In this document: piece after piece, positions 18,001 through 26,078 of the stretch
Position numbering within the stretch: position 1 is the stretch's first letter
How the letters are laid out: each line of letters begins with the position of its first letter
Source of the DNA: Abditibacteriaceae bacterium
GTDB taxonomy: Bacteria; Armatimonadota; Abditibacteriia; Abditibacteriales; Abditibacteriaceae
Direction: 5' to 3'
Length of the DNA: 40,838 nt
Assembly (NCBI GenBank): GCA_036399215.1
Contig: DASWNL010000147.1
Location: forward strand, 1-40,838
Made by a program: the position numbers and the translations under genes
Notes under the pieces: model-generated
Seen by the model: the letters and a program-made list of their open reading frames with translations, nothing else
Told to the model about the DNA's origin: nothing
Database searches by the model: none

Positions 18001-18841
18001 GCGGTATTCTTTCCAAAACTCCACCTTCAAAAACCCCATATAAGTTCAATTCGTTCATGTGAACATAGCCGATGTGACAGCCGCAAGTTTGATTGCTGCA
18101 AAGGCGCGGGCGGAGAGCGTTTTTCCAATCATTTTCGTAAATATTGCCGATTGCTTCTTTGACGAAATGACAGCGCCGCATGGTGCCGTCGCCATCTACG
18201 GAAATCACACTTTGCCCGGCATGGCAGGCGCGGCCTAAGCTTTGGTGGCGCGTGTTGTTGAGTGGAAATAGTGGGTCAAGGGCCGTTAAAAAATTGACTT
18301 CATCAGGCACATAATAATCTTCAAGACGCTTAAAGGCGTTGACCCATAAATAAACACCAGGCGGCAAAGCGGCGCGCAAGGCTTCGATTTCCGCGAAGTG
18401 TTCTTTTAATCCTACGACGCCAACACTAAAGCGAATGCCCTGCTGTTGCATCTGAGCGCAGCGTTTTAAAAACTGCTCGCATGAAGTTTCGCCGGGATGA
18501 TAAGTCACCCATAAACCCAGCTTGCTTTTGTCGCAGTGCGCGGCCCAATTGAAGCGGCATGAGCCGTTGGTTTGAATGGCGACTTTTTCGACATGCGCTA
18601 AATTGGTGAGAGTAATTAAGGCTTGCTGATAGCGCCGCCGAATCAAGGCTTCGCCCCACGGCGTGAAGAAAACCGAAAATTCCATATCGCGCTGCGCTTC
18701 GATCCATTGCACAAAACGTGATAGCGCATAAGCATCGCGCGCGTGCTCTTCATCGCTTTCCTGATGCTTGGCAAATGGGCAATAGGGGCAGGCGTAGTTG
18801 CAACTGGACAATGGCCCGCGATAAAGAATGGTAAGTTTCAT
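17960..18841 (-). CDS. Radical SAM protein, 293 aa, with twitch/SPASM-like C-terminal Cys motif (STM4011-like)
   Basis: CNYACPYC (CX3CX2C) at aa 14-21. C-terminal CHAGQSVISVDGDGTMRRC fits CX9-15GX4C, then CSNQTCGC. Confidence 0.85.
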   Translation of the reverse strand: MKLTILYRGPLSSCNYACPYCPFAKHQESDEEHARDAYALSRFVQWIEAQRDMEFSVFFTPWGEALIRRRYQQALITLTNLAHVEKVAIQTNGSCRFNWAAHCDKSKLGLWVTYHPGETSCEQFLKRCAQMQQQGIRFSVGVVGLKEHFAEIEALRAALPPGVYLWVNAFKRLEDYYVPDEVNFLTALDPLFPLNNTRHQSLGRACHAGQSVISVDGDGTMRRCHFVKEAIGNIYENDWKNALRPRLCSNQTCGCHIGYVHMNELNLYGVFEGGVLERIPLSFSSGARQTREC

Positions 18842-18844
18842 AGC

Positions 18845-20230
18845 TTAACGCAGGGCAAAAGTCTCCATCTGAGAACGCACTTGATGGGAAGCCAGCCAGG
18901 GGCCGATGACATCGGCGTTTTCGAGTCCGGCACTTGTCGGACGCAGCCCTGTGCCGTCGTTTTGCATCAAACCGAGTTCTTCCAACTCACGCAGTTGCGG
19001 AAACTCTGCCATCGCTTCGCTGCCGAAATAATCGGCATACGCCACGAAATTAAGACCTTCAACATGACCCAGCGATTGAATGATGTAACGGCGCTTTTGC
19101 TCCTCTTCGTTTAACTGAAAACCATAATCCGCGTAATCAAATGAAACAGCCGGACGCGCCATATAGTTATGCAGAATCTCGCGCACGCCTGTTGCGCCCA
19201 CGGCGTATTCGCCCGAATAGTGCAGGGTGCTGCTATAAGAGCGCGCCCCGGCGCCTAAACCTATCATGCCGTCTTGCTGGCAGCAGTAAACCGGGCCACA
19301 TTCTCCCTTCCCTTTAGTAAGGGGAAGGGCTGGAGGGTGCCCTCTGGGCGGGAGGGTTTTTTGAAACTGCCGCAGCGAAATCTGGTGATAGCCATTTTCT
19401 AAAAGAAAGTCGCGGCCCGCGCGATATAAGTCGCGTCTCGCCAAATTCTCCACTTCAATTTTGCCGTTCTGGGCGCGCTTTCCCAAGCCCGTTAAAGGCC
19501 GCACATAAAGCGGATACAAGAAAATCTCTTCGGGCCGGAATTGCAGCGCAGCGTAAAGCGAAACCTGCAAAGATTCAGTAGTTTGGCCCGGCAAGCCGAG
19601 AATCAAATCGATGTTCAGCGTCGAGAAATTTGCATCGCGAATGGCATTTAGCGCTGCTAAAACATCATCCGTTTTTTGCGCGCGGCCACCGGCGCGCACC
19701 TCGCTTTCCACAAAACTTTGCACTCCGATGCTGATGCGATTGGCGCCGCGTGATTTTAATATTTGCAGCTTTTCCGGTGTAGCTGTCAAGGGCGAAGTTT
19801 CAACGGAAACCGGAATATCCAGGGGCCGCGCGCCCATGATCTCTTCGGCAATGTCGAACAGACGATGCAAGCCGGCGGCGCTTAAAAACGTCGGCGTGCC
19901 ACCACCGATGGCCAACCCCGCGAACTGCGCCGGGGCAATCGCTTCGCGCACCTGACGCGCTTGAATTTCCAGGGCAGCCAGATACGGCTTTTCCATTTCG
20001 TCATCGTGGCGCACCGTTGTAAACAAGTTGCAGAAGCCACAACGCATCTCGCAAAACGGCACGTGCAAATACAAAAACAGCGCCTCGCGATTTTCACTTT
20101 GCCACACATCTTGCAAGGCAAACGGCGGTGATAATTTGCGATAGGCGGTTTTATGCGGATACGAATACGAATAGGCCGCATAAGGCGTTTTTTGAAGCCA
20201 CTGTTTTAAGGAATTCATTGAACTGCTCAT
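18845..20230 (-). CDS. HemN-like radical SAM protein, 461 aa (STM4012-like)
   Basis: YSYPHKTAY, LYLHVPFCEMRCGFCNLF (CX3CX2C), GGGTPTF, RISIGVQSF, GLGAGARSY. Confidence 0.88.
   Translation of the reverse strand: MSSSMNSLKQWLQKTPYAAYSYSYPHKTAYRKLSPPFALQDVWQSENREALFLYLHVPFCEMRCGFCNLFTTVRHDDEMEKPYLAALEIQARQVREAIAPAQFAGLAIGGGTPTFLSAAGLHRLFDIAEEIMGARPLDIPVSVETSPLTATPEKLQILKSRGANRISIGVQSFVESEVRAGGRAQKTDDVLAALNAIRDANFSTLNIDLILGLPGQTTESLQVSLYAALQFRPEEIFLYPLYVRPLTGLGKRAQNGKIEVENLARRDLYRAGRDFLLENGYHQISLRQFQKTLPPRGHPPALPLTKGKGECGPVYCCQQDGMIGLGAGARSYSSTLHYSGEYAVGATGVREILHNYMARPAVSFDYADYGFQLNEEEQKRRYIIQSLGHVEGLNFVAYADYFGSEAMAEFPQLRELEELGLMQNDGTGLRPTSAGLENADVIGPWLASHQVRSQMETFALR
19297..19375 (-). repeat. 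In-frame fragment of the intergenic palindromic repeat family, embedded in the HemN-like gene
   Basis: gggtgccctctgggcGggaggg (19335-19356) matches the reverse complement of 29298-29319 at 21 of 22 positions. A local hairpin cccttcccttt/aaggggaaggg (19305-19329) and a ttttgaaactg end are also present. The segment encodes ...TLPPRGHPPALPLTKGKGE... Confidence 0.6.
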
Positions 20231-20237
20231 AAAGTTT

Positions 20238-21053
20238 TCAGCGATGTCTTTCGGGCAAGACGAACTCGGCGTAAGGCACCGTCCACACGACAGGATGCGC
20301 TAAGCGATGCCCTTCATAGCCATCTTCGCCAAAGGCGGTGCCGTGATCGGAACAAAGCACACATAATGCCCCTGCCCGCTCGCGCAAAGCCTCAAAAAGG
20401 GGCGGCAGTTGCGAATCTACATAGGCTAAAGCATCGCTCATGGTTTGGATTGAGTCATTTTGCGCGCCCGGTGTCCACAGGAAGTTGGGCTGATGAATCG
20501 CCGCGATGTTGATGAACAAGAACAGGCGTTTATGGCGTGGCAGGGCACGCAAAATTTCAATTGCCCACTCGACTTGCACTTGCGCCGAATGCGCACCTGT
20601 CACACCGCTTTCTTCACCCCAGCGGCTTTCATCGAACAGATTGGGCAGAACACAGGAAAGCGGTGTGAGCTTGTTAAAAAAGCCGACGCCGCCGATGCAA
20701 GCCGTGTGATAACCGCTTTGCGCAAAGCCGGTGACAATATCAGGCGCATCGAAAATCATGGTTGTTTCTGTTGCGCTGACGCTGCCGGCAAAGCGCGTGG
20801 CAAACAGGCGCGGTGAATGCGGGTTATCAATCGGCGTCGGCAGAAAGCCGGCAAAAAAAGCATGGTGCGCCGCATAAGTAAAGCTGCCCGGCGTATGGCG
20901 CGCCTGCCAGGCGCCGCCGGGCAAGAGCGATTTTAAATAGGGCGTGCGGCCCTGTCGCAAGGCGCTTTCGGCGACATCGAAACGTAACGTGTCCAATGTC
21001 ATAAACAGCACGTCATGCGTGCCCAGCATTGAGCGCGCGTTAAGATGAAACAT
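20238..21053 (-). CDS. Alkaline-phosphatase/sulfatase-superfamily metallohydrolase, 271 aa (STM4013-like)
   Basis: LFMTLDTLRFD near the N-terminus (metal-binding Asp plus nucleophile region) and CSDHGTAFGEDGYEGH near the C-terminus. The start overlaps the upstream gene by 14 nt; ATG 21029 is an alternative. Confidence 0.75.
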   Translation of the reverse strand: MFHLNARSMLGTHDVLFMTLDTLRFDVAESALRQGRTPYLKSLLPGGAWQARHTPGSFTYAAHHAFFAGFLPTPIDNPHSPRLFATRFAGSVSATETTMIFDAPDIVTGFAQSGYHTACIGGVGFFNKLTPLSCVLPNLFDESRWGEESGVTGAHSAQVQVEWAIEILRALPRHKRLFLFINIAAIHQPNFLWTPGAQNDSIQTMSDALAYVDSQLPPLFEALRERAGALCVLCSDHGTAFGEDGYEGHRLAHPVVWTVPYAEFVLPERHR

Positions 21054-22188
21054 GATTATTTATCGCGGCATCAATTTGCGCTTCGTAGGTGGTTTGGTTT
21101 TCATGTAGCGTGCCCGGCAACAAATCGCCCCAGGCGTTGACTTCGATAATTGCATGGCGCGCAAAGCCCGCTGTGAATAGCAAATCCACGCCGCCGCATA
21201 GTGAGTTGGGAAAGCAGTGCATAACTTTCTCGCAAGAGTGCATCGCCGCTTCCCAACTTTCAGGCGAGACATTGTTGCGTAGCAGTTTGCCCTCAACTCG
21301 ATCATTCAGCAGATGTAAATTCGTCAAAGGATGCCTGGATAAGCGCACCACCTTATGTCGCGCCCGGCCCTTAATGACTACCACGCGCAAATCGCAACTG
21401 CGGCCTTGAAAGCCGTCTTTGGGAATCCACTCTTCGGCGTGCGCGCGATGGCGGCAAAGCGTATCTATTAGCTCGGCGATTTCCTGCAACGAGGTCAAAG
21501 TGCGAACGCGGCGCGAGTTGTAAAGACAGGTTTGATTTTTGGTTTTGACCACTTCGCTTGTTGTCACGGCGCGATGACTGATTCCATTAGTTTGATAAGC
21601 CACCACGCCCGCTGCACTGGAGCCGTGCGCCAACTTGATAAAAGCGCGACGGCAATGTGCCGCTTGCATCTTTGCCGTCAGGTCATCGAAGTTTTGCGGA
21701 ATGTCCAGAGTGCGCGGGGTGGGAATCTTCGCCGCGTGCAAACGCGCCTGGCAATGCGGCTTATCAAACATGATTTCAATCTCTTGCGCATTGTGCGTCA
21801 CGCAATGCGGCGCCGAATCTTTTAACTGCGTTTCAACTTCCATTAAGGCCGCTTTTAATCCCAAAAACCACTGCCGCGACGGCCAGAGACGACCTTTTTC
21901 AAAAGCTAAATCTTTAACGGAGGTGCTGGGAATCCAGGCCCATTGATTTTCAAATTCCGCTGCTTGCGCGCCGCGCTGTAAGAGCAGTTTTTCAACCGGC
22001 CAATCGCGTCCCGGCGATTCAAGGCGCACAATGTTATTGACTTGAATTATGTCAGACAGTTGAACGCGTCCGCCCAAGAAATCAGACCAGGTAATGATTT
22101 TTGCGGGCGGCAAGCCGCATGATAACAACGCACTTTGGAAGCCTTCGACGCGCGGGCTATCCGGGTTACCCAAAACAACAAATCTCAT
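21040..22188 (-). CDS. ATP-grasp-like protein, 382 aa (STM4014-like)
   Basis: RimK-like elements: FIKLAHGSSAAGVVAY, CDLRVVVIKGR, GGVDLLFTAGFARHAIIEVNAWGDL. Confidence 0.7.
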   Translation of the reverse strand: MRFVVLGNPDSPRVEGFQSALLSCGLPPAKIITWSDFLGGRVQLSDIIQVNNIVRLESPGRDWPVEKLLLQRGAQAAEFENQWAWIPSTSVKDLAFEKGRLWPSRQWFLGLKAALMEVETQLKDSAPHCVTHNAQEIEIMFDKPHCQARLHAAKIPTPRTLDIPQNFDDLTAKMQAAHCRRAFIKLAHGSSAAGVVAYQTNGISHRAVTTSEVVKTKNQTCLYNSRRVRTLTSLQEIAELIDTLCRHRAHAEEWIPKDGFQGRSCDLRVVVIKGRARHKVVRLSRHPLTNLHLLNDRVEGKLLRNNVSPESWEAAMHSCEKVMHCFPNSLCGGVDLLFTAGFARHAIIEVNAWGDLLPGTLHENQTTYEAQIDAAINNHVSS

Positions 22189-22194
22189 GCACGC

Positions 22195-23115
22195 TCATTC
22201 GCCGTGCGCCACGTAGCGATAGGTTTCAGCTCCGTCTTGGTCGCCCGCTTCCTGTTCGCTCACATCTACTTCACAGGGCAGAGCTTTGAGCTTTTCCATC
22301 ATTTCGTCGGAGCAGAAATGATGATGCAAATCCAGTTTTTCCAATTTGGTAATCGCCGCATCATCTAACAAGGCCTGCGCGCCTTTATCGGTAAGAGTGC
22401 CCAGCGATAAATCCAGAACCCGAATCTTCTTCAGAACCGGCGCCCCGTGCAACGCTTGCGCGATTTCATTTTGAATTTCGCTGTTACGCAGACCGAGATA
22501 TTTCAAATTCGGAAATAAATCACCATTCAAAAGCGGCTTTAAATCGGTGGCCGCTACTTCGCCGCCGTAGTTTTCTTCGCCCAGCCACAATTCCAGATGC
22601 TCCAACTGTGGCAACTGTGCCTGCACGACGGATTGAAATACAGCGCCTGGCATACCGCCGGTTTCGATGACCAGACCTTTTAGCTTTTCGTGACGCGGCG
22701 CGCCTAATACCAGACCATTGCCGCCGCGCACGCCCAACCATTCCAAATTGGGAAACGCCGCGAACAAAGGCGAAATGTCGGTTTGTTCAATCCAGGACAG
22801 CTCGTTCTCTTCGTAGGTGATGTCGCCGATGAAAAGCACTTTAAGCCCCGGCAGCTTTTCACCGGCGACTACCAAAGCCTCAACCACTTGCTCGGCGGAA
22901 GTTCCAAACTGTGAACCCTGCCAGTTACCGACTACGAGGCCGTCAAGTTGAGCGGCGCCGGGCGCTTGCAGCAACTCGGCTAAAAGGTCGCTCCATTTGC
23001 CGTCATTGTCATAATCCAATATCAGGCGCGGTAAAGCCTTGTCCGGCAGGCTTTGTCCCGGCTGCCAGTCGTGCACCGGGAAACCGGCAAAATCTGTTTT
23101 GTGTTCACCTATCAT
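22195..23115 (-). CDS. Leucine-rich-repeat (ribonuclease-inhibitor-type) protein, 306 aa (STM4015-like)
   Basis: LFPNLKYLGLRNSEIQNEIAQALHGAPVLKKIRVLDLSLGTLTDKGAQALL, with an acidic tail ending YRYVAHGE. Start set at ATG 23115 with GGGAGAG upstream; the tracked TTG at 23130 is less likely. Confidence 0.78.
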   Translation of the reverse strand: MIGEHKTDFAGFPVHDWQPGQSLPDKALPRLILDYDNDGKWSDLLAELLQAPGAAQLDGLVVGNWQGSQFGTSAEQVVEALVVAGEKLPGLKVLFIGDITYEENELSWIEQTDISPLFAAFPNLEWLGVRGGNGLVLGAPRHEKLKGLVIETGGMPGAVFQSVVQAQLPQLEHLELWLGEENYGGEVAATDLKPLLNGDLFPNLKYLGLRNSEIQNEIAQALHGAPVLKKIRVLDLSLGTLTDKGAQALLDDAAITKLEKLDLHHHFCSDEMMEKLKALPCEVDVSEQEAGDQDGAETYRYVAHGE

Positions 23116-23175
23116 GCGTTGCTCTCCCAAAAATTTGTCACAGTTTCAACCGTCGCCAGCCAAATAACAACCGGG

Positions 23176-24243
23176 TTACGTCTCCTGAACCGGCTGATAC
23201 TCATCAGGATTGTCAAAGCCTGCAATCCAGGCCGCCGCCGCGTGGCAGTGGCGCATCTGCGGCGGCACGCGCAGCATGTATTGGCGACCCGTCGAAGGGC
23301 AAAATACATTCAAGCACACCAGAGGCTCATCTCCGGCAAACTCCACGCGCAGTAATCGCCGCACGCCGCCGGCATCGCGGTCTTTGTCCAACTCCATGGC
23401 TCTGGCTTCGCTCAGGAATTTCTCATAGCCCATACGCTCCAGCAAGACGCGCCGCTTTTCCGTGTTTTGCTCTTCAAAAATCTCCTCAACCGTTATCGTT
23501 TCGGGACGAAAAGCAATGCGCCCATCAACCGGCACGCCGCGCCAGCGCAAGGGCGTATTTCGCAGGTTCTCCGGCAACTGCGTTAGCCCGCTACCACCTA
23601 AATCCAACCATGAAGCAATGCGCAAATCATCAGGTAATTCGCGCAAATTTTCGCAGTCGGCCACATCCAGTTGCGATAGCTCTTTAAGCCACGATGGCAA
23701 AGAGTGCAAGCGCGTGCAACCGGCCATTACTAAGCGACCAATGCGAACATTCGCTTCTTGTGGCCAATTCTTCAAACGTGAACAGCCGGCAATATCCAGA
23801 AAGTAAACATCCAGCTTTTCCGGCAAGGCTTGCAGCCCGGTGCAGCCACGCAAAACCAATGAGCCGGTTTTGAGGCCAACCGGCAGCGTTTCGATGGCGC
23901 TTTCGCTTAAATCAAGGCGAAACTCCACCTTCAAATCAGCGGGCAAGGTTTGTAGCGGCGTTTCGCGCGCTTCCAACTCAAAAAGCTGCAAGCCCTGGGG
24001 CAAAGCGCGCAGGTTTTTACAACCGCTCACCTTGAGGCGTCGCACCTTTAAATCGGTGGGCAACTCGCGCAGTTCAAGGCAGCCGCTGGCATCCAAACTG
24101 TCGGCGGTTAAACCGGCAGGCAATGTTTCCAACTTGCGATTTCCGGCAATCTTCAAAGCGCCCCGCACCTGCATATTCTCCGGCGCCTGGCCTTTGGCAA
24201 TCAACAATCCGGCTTGTTTGGCATCAAGAATTGTTTCGCTCAT
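23176..24243 (-). CDS. LRR protein (~10 repeats of ~21 aa, L..LP..L type) with a distinct ~120-aa C-terminal domain
   Basis: Repeats such as CLELRELPTDL, CKNLRALPQGL, CTGLQALPEKL, CTRLHSLPSWL, CENLRELPDDL. C-terminal domain: EKRRVLLERMGYEKFL...DEPLVCLNVFCPSTGRQYMLRVPP...AAAWIAGF. Start at ATG 24243 with AGAGGAG upstream. Confidence 0.8.
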   Translation of the reverse strand: MSETILDAKQAGLLIAKGQAPENMQVRGALKIAGNRKLETLPAGLTADSLDASGCLELRELPTDLKVRRLKVSGCKNLRALPQGLQLFELEARETPLQTLPADLKVEFRLDLSESAIETLPVGLKTGSLVLRGCTGLQALPEKLDVYFLDIAGCSRLKNWPQEANVRIGRLVMAGCTRLHSLPSWLKELSQLDVADCENLRELPDDLRIASWLDLGGSGLTQLPENLRNTPLRWRGVPVDGRIAFRPETITVEEIFEEQNTEKRRVLLERMGYEKFLSEARAMELDKDRDAGGVRRLLRVEFAGDEPLVCLNVFCPSTGRQYMLRVPPQMRHCHAAAAWIAGFDNPDEYQPVQET

Positions 24244-24258
24244 TTTGACTCCTCTTTT

Positions 24259-24398
24259 AATAGAACGCGGAGCCTTCGGCCACGCGGAAACGGCTTTGAT
24301 GGACACGGAAAATATGGGAAAACAACTCTTGAAATCTGCGAAAATCCGTCGTTTCAGGCGCCCTCTGGGCAGGATGCCCAGAGGCTCCGCGTTCTATT
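24259..24398. repeat. MITE-like palindromic element, 140 bp, with 16-bp perfect terminal inverted repeats
   Basis: aatagaacgcggagcc (24259-24274) pairs with ggctccgcgttctatt (24383-24398). Internal hairpin ccctctgggcaggatgcccagagg. It shares gccctctgggcagga with 29301-29315 (reverse complement). Confidence 0.7.
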
Positions 24399-24404
24399 GA
24401 AAAT

Positions 24405-24713
24405 TCAATCCGAAACGCGCACAATCGCACGCGGCGTATATTCGCGTTGCTGCCACACTTTATAAGCGCCACGCGGCAATTCTATGCGCTTGTGCTCTTC
24501 ATGAACTAAGGCCGCCATTTCTTCGGTCACGCTCAGATAAAGAAACTCACCAGCGCGAAAGACCTGTGCCGTTTCGGGCCGCTCCACACGATGGCTATGC
24601 CCCGTCACTTCGCCGTGCGCCAGGGTCACCGTCGGCAAAAGTCGCGCGCCCCTGGGCACCTCATCCACCCGCGCAATCATCACATCTCCATGTCGCCACA
24701 ACATTGTGCTCAC
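24405..24713 (-). CDS. Small conserved hypothetical protein, 102 aa (HGDV...HGEVTGHSH...PRGAY.V.QQREY)
   Basis: Clean ORF on the same strand as the downstream LRR genes. From memory this motif pattern occurs in small proteins common in phage genomes; unverified. Confidence 0.6.
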   Translation of the reverse strand: MSTMLWRHGDVMIARVDEVPRGARLLPTVTLAHGEVTGHSHRVERPETAQVFRAGEFLYLSVTEEMAALVHEEHKRIELPRGAYKVWQQREYTPRAIVRVSD

Positions 24714-24853
24714 TCCCTTTAAAATGCTTTCACTGGGTTAAATGATAACATTTTGAAGGTCATTTTTTAAGGTGGCGGGATGTGTTTTTTGACGCTATTT
24801 TCGGTCAAAAATCGGCGTTCAATGAAGGGGGTTGATAGCGTAAACTAAAGGGC

Positions 24854-26077
24854 ATGAAAAGCCCTGTTTCTTTTACCTGCTTGTCTCTCATTGCGTTTGG
24901 CTTGATTTCAGTTTCGTCGGCACAGGACGCGCCCGTAGTGCCACCAGGTTTGCCGCATGAGCCGACTAATGTGAAGTGGAAAAAAACGGTTGTGGATACC
25001 AGATTTCGCGCGGAAGGTGCAGCGGTAGCGGATGTGAATCACGATGGTAAAAACGATATTTTGGTGGGCGATTTTTGGTATGAAGCGCCAAATTGGACGC
25101 GCCATGAAATCCGTAAGCCGGGCGACTTTGGCGATGGGGCGAATGGATACAGCGAAGCGTTTATGAGTTTCGCCGATGATTACAACGCCGATGGTTGGAG
25201 TGACTTACTGGTAGTGCCTTTTCCCGGCAAAGCCATGTATTGGTATGAGAATCCGCAGAACAAGCCCGGCCACTGGAAGCAGCATATGGCGTGGACGAGC
25301 AGTTGCAACGAAACGCCGATTTATGCCGATCTTTTCGGCGACGGCAAGAAGAAAATCATCATGGCCAGTTGTCCCGAAGGACAAATGGCCTGGTTCGCGC
25401 CCGGTGCCGACCCGACTGCTTTGTGGACGCTGCACCCGATTAGCGGAAGCCAGAAAGCCGGCGCACAAGTGTGGGGCGTGCATCAGTTTGATCATGGTTT
25501 AGGCGCGGGTGACATGAATGGTGATGGCCGCGCTGATGTTTTGGTGCGCCAGGGTTGGTGGGAGCAGCCGGAAGATGCTAAAACGCGCACCGAGCCGTGG
25601 AAATTTCATGTAGCCAACATCGGCGAAGATTGCGCGAACATGATTGCTCTGGAAGGCAATGGCGACGCGCATACCGATGTTATTAGCAGTTCGGCGCACA
25701 AGCGTGGCATGTGGTTTCACAAGCGCGAACCGGAGCGCCCGGCGGGCTTTTCACGCCACACCATTTTTGATGCCTTCACGCAAACGCACGCTTTGAATTA
25801 TGAAGATGTAAATGGCGATGGCACCAAAGATTTGATTACTGGCAAGCGCTGGTGGGCACACGGCCCACAGGGCGATGTTGAGCCGATGGCGCCCCCTGTT
25901 TTATATTGGTTTGAAATCAGGAAAGCCCCCGGCCAGGTGCCGACTTTAGTGCCGCACATGATAGACAACGACAGCGGCATCGGCACGCAGTTCTGGACGG
26001 GCGATTTTAACGGCGACAAGAAGTGCGATGTTGTTATCGGCAACAAAAAAGGCGTTTTCTTGTTCGAGCAGAGTTAA
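24854..26077 (+). CDS. Secreted FG-GAP/VCBS repeat protein, 407 aa
   Basis: Signal peptide, then repeated Ca-binding-like DxNxDGxxD loops: DVNHDGKNDILVGD, DYNADGWSDLLV, GDMNGDGRADVLV, DVNGDGTKDLITG, GDFNGDKKCDVVIG. Confidence 0.85.
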   Translation: MKSPVSFTCLSLIAFGLISVSSAQDAPVVPPGLPHEPTNVKWKKTVVDTRFRAEGAAVADVNHDGKNDILVGDFWYEAPNWTRHEIRKPGDFGDGANGYSEAFMSFADDYNADGWSDLLVVPFPGKAMYWYENPQNKPGHWKQHMAWTSSCNETPIYADLFGDGKKKIIMASCPEGQMAWFAPGADPTALWTLHPISGSQKAGAQVWGVHQFDHGLGAGDMNGDGRADVLVRQGWWEQPEDAKTRTEPWKFHVANIGEDCANMIALEGNGDAHTDVISSSAHKRGMWFHKREPERPAGFSRHTIFDAFTQTHALNYEDVNGDGTKDLITGKRWWAHGPQGDVEPMAPPVLYWFEIRKAPGQVPTLVPHMIDNDSGIGTQFWTGDFNGDKKCDVVIGNKKGVFLFEQS

Positions 26078-26078
26078 T

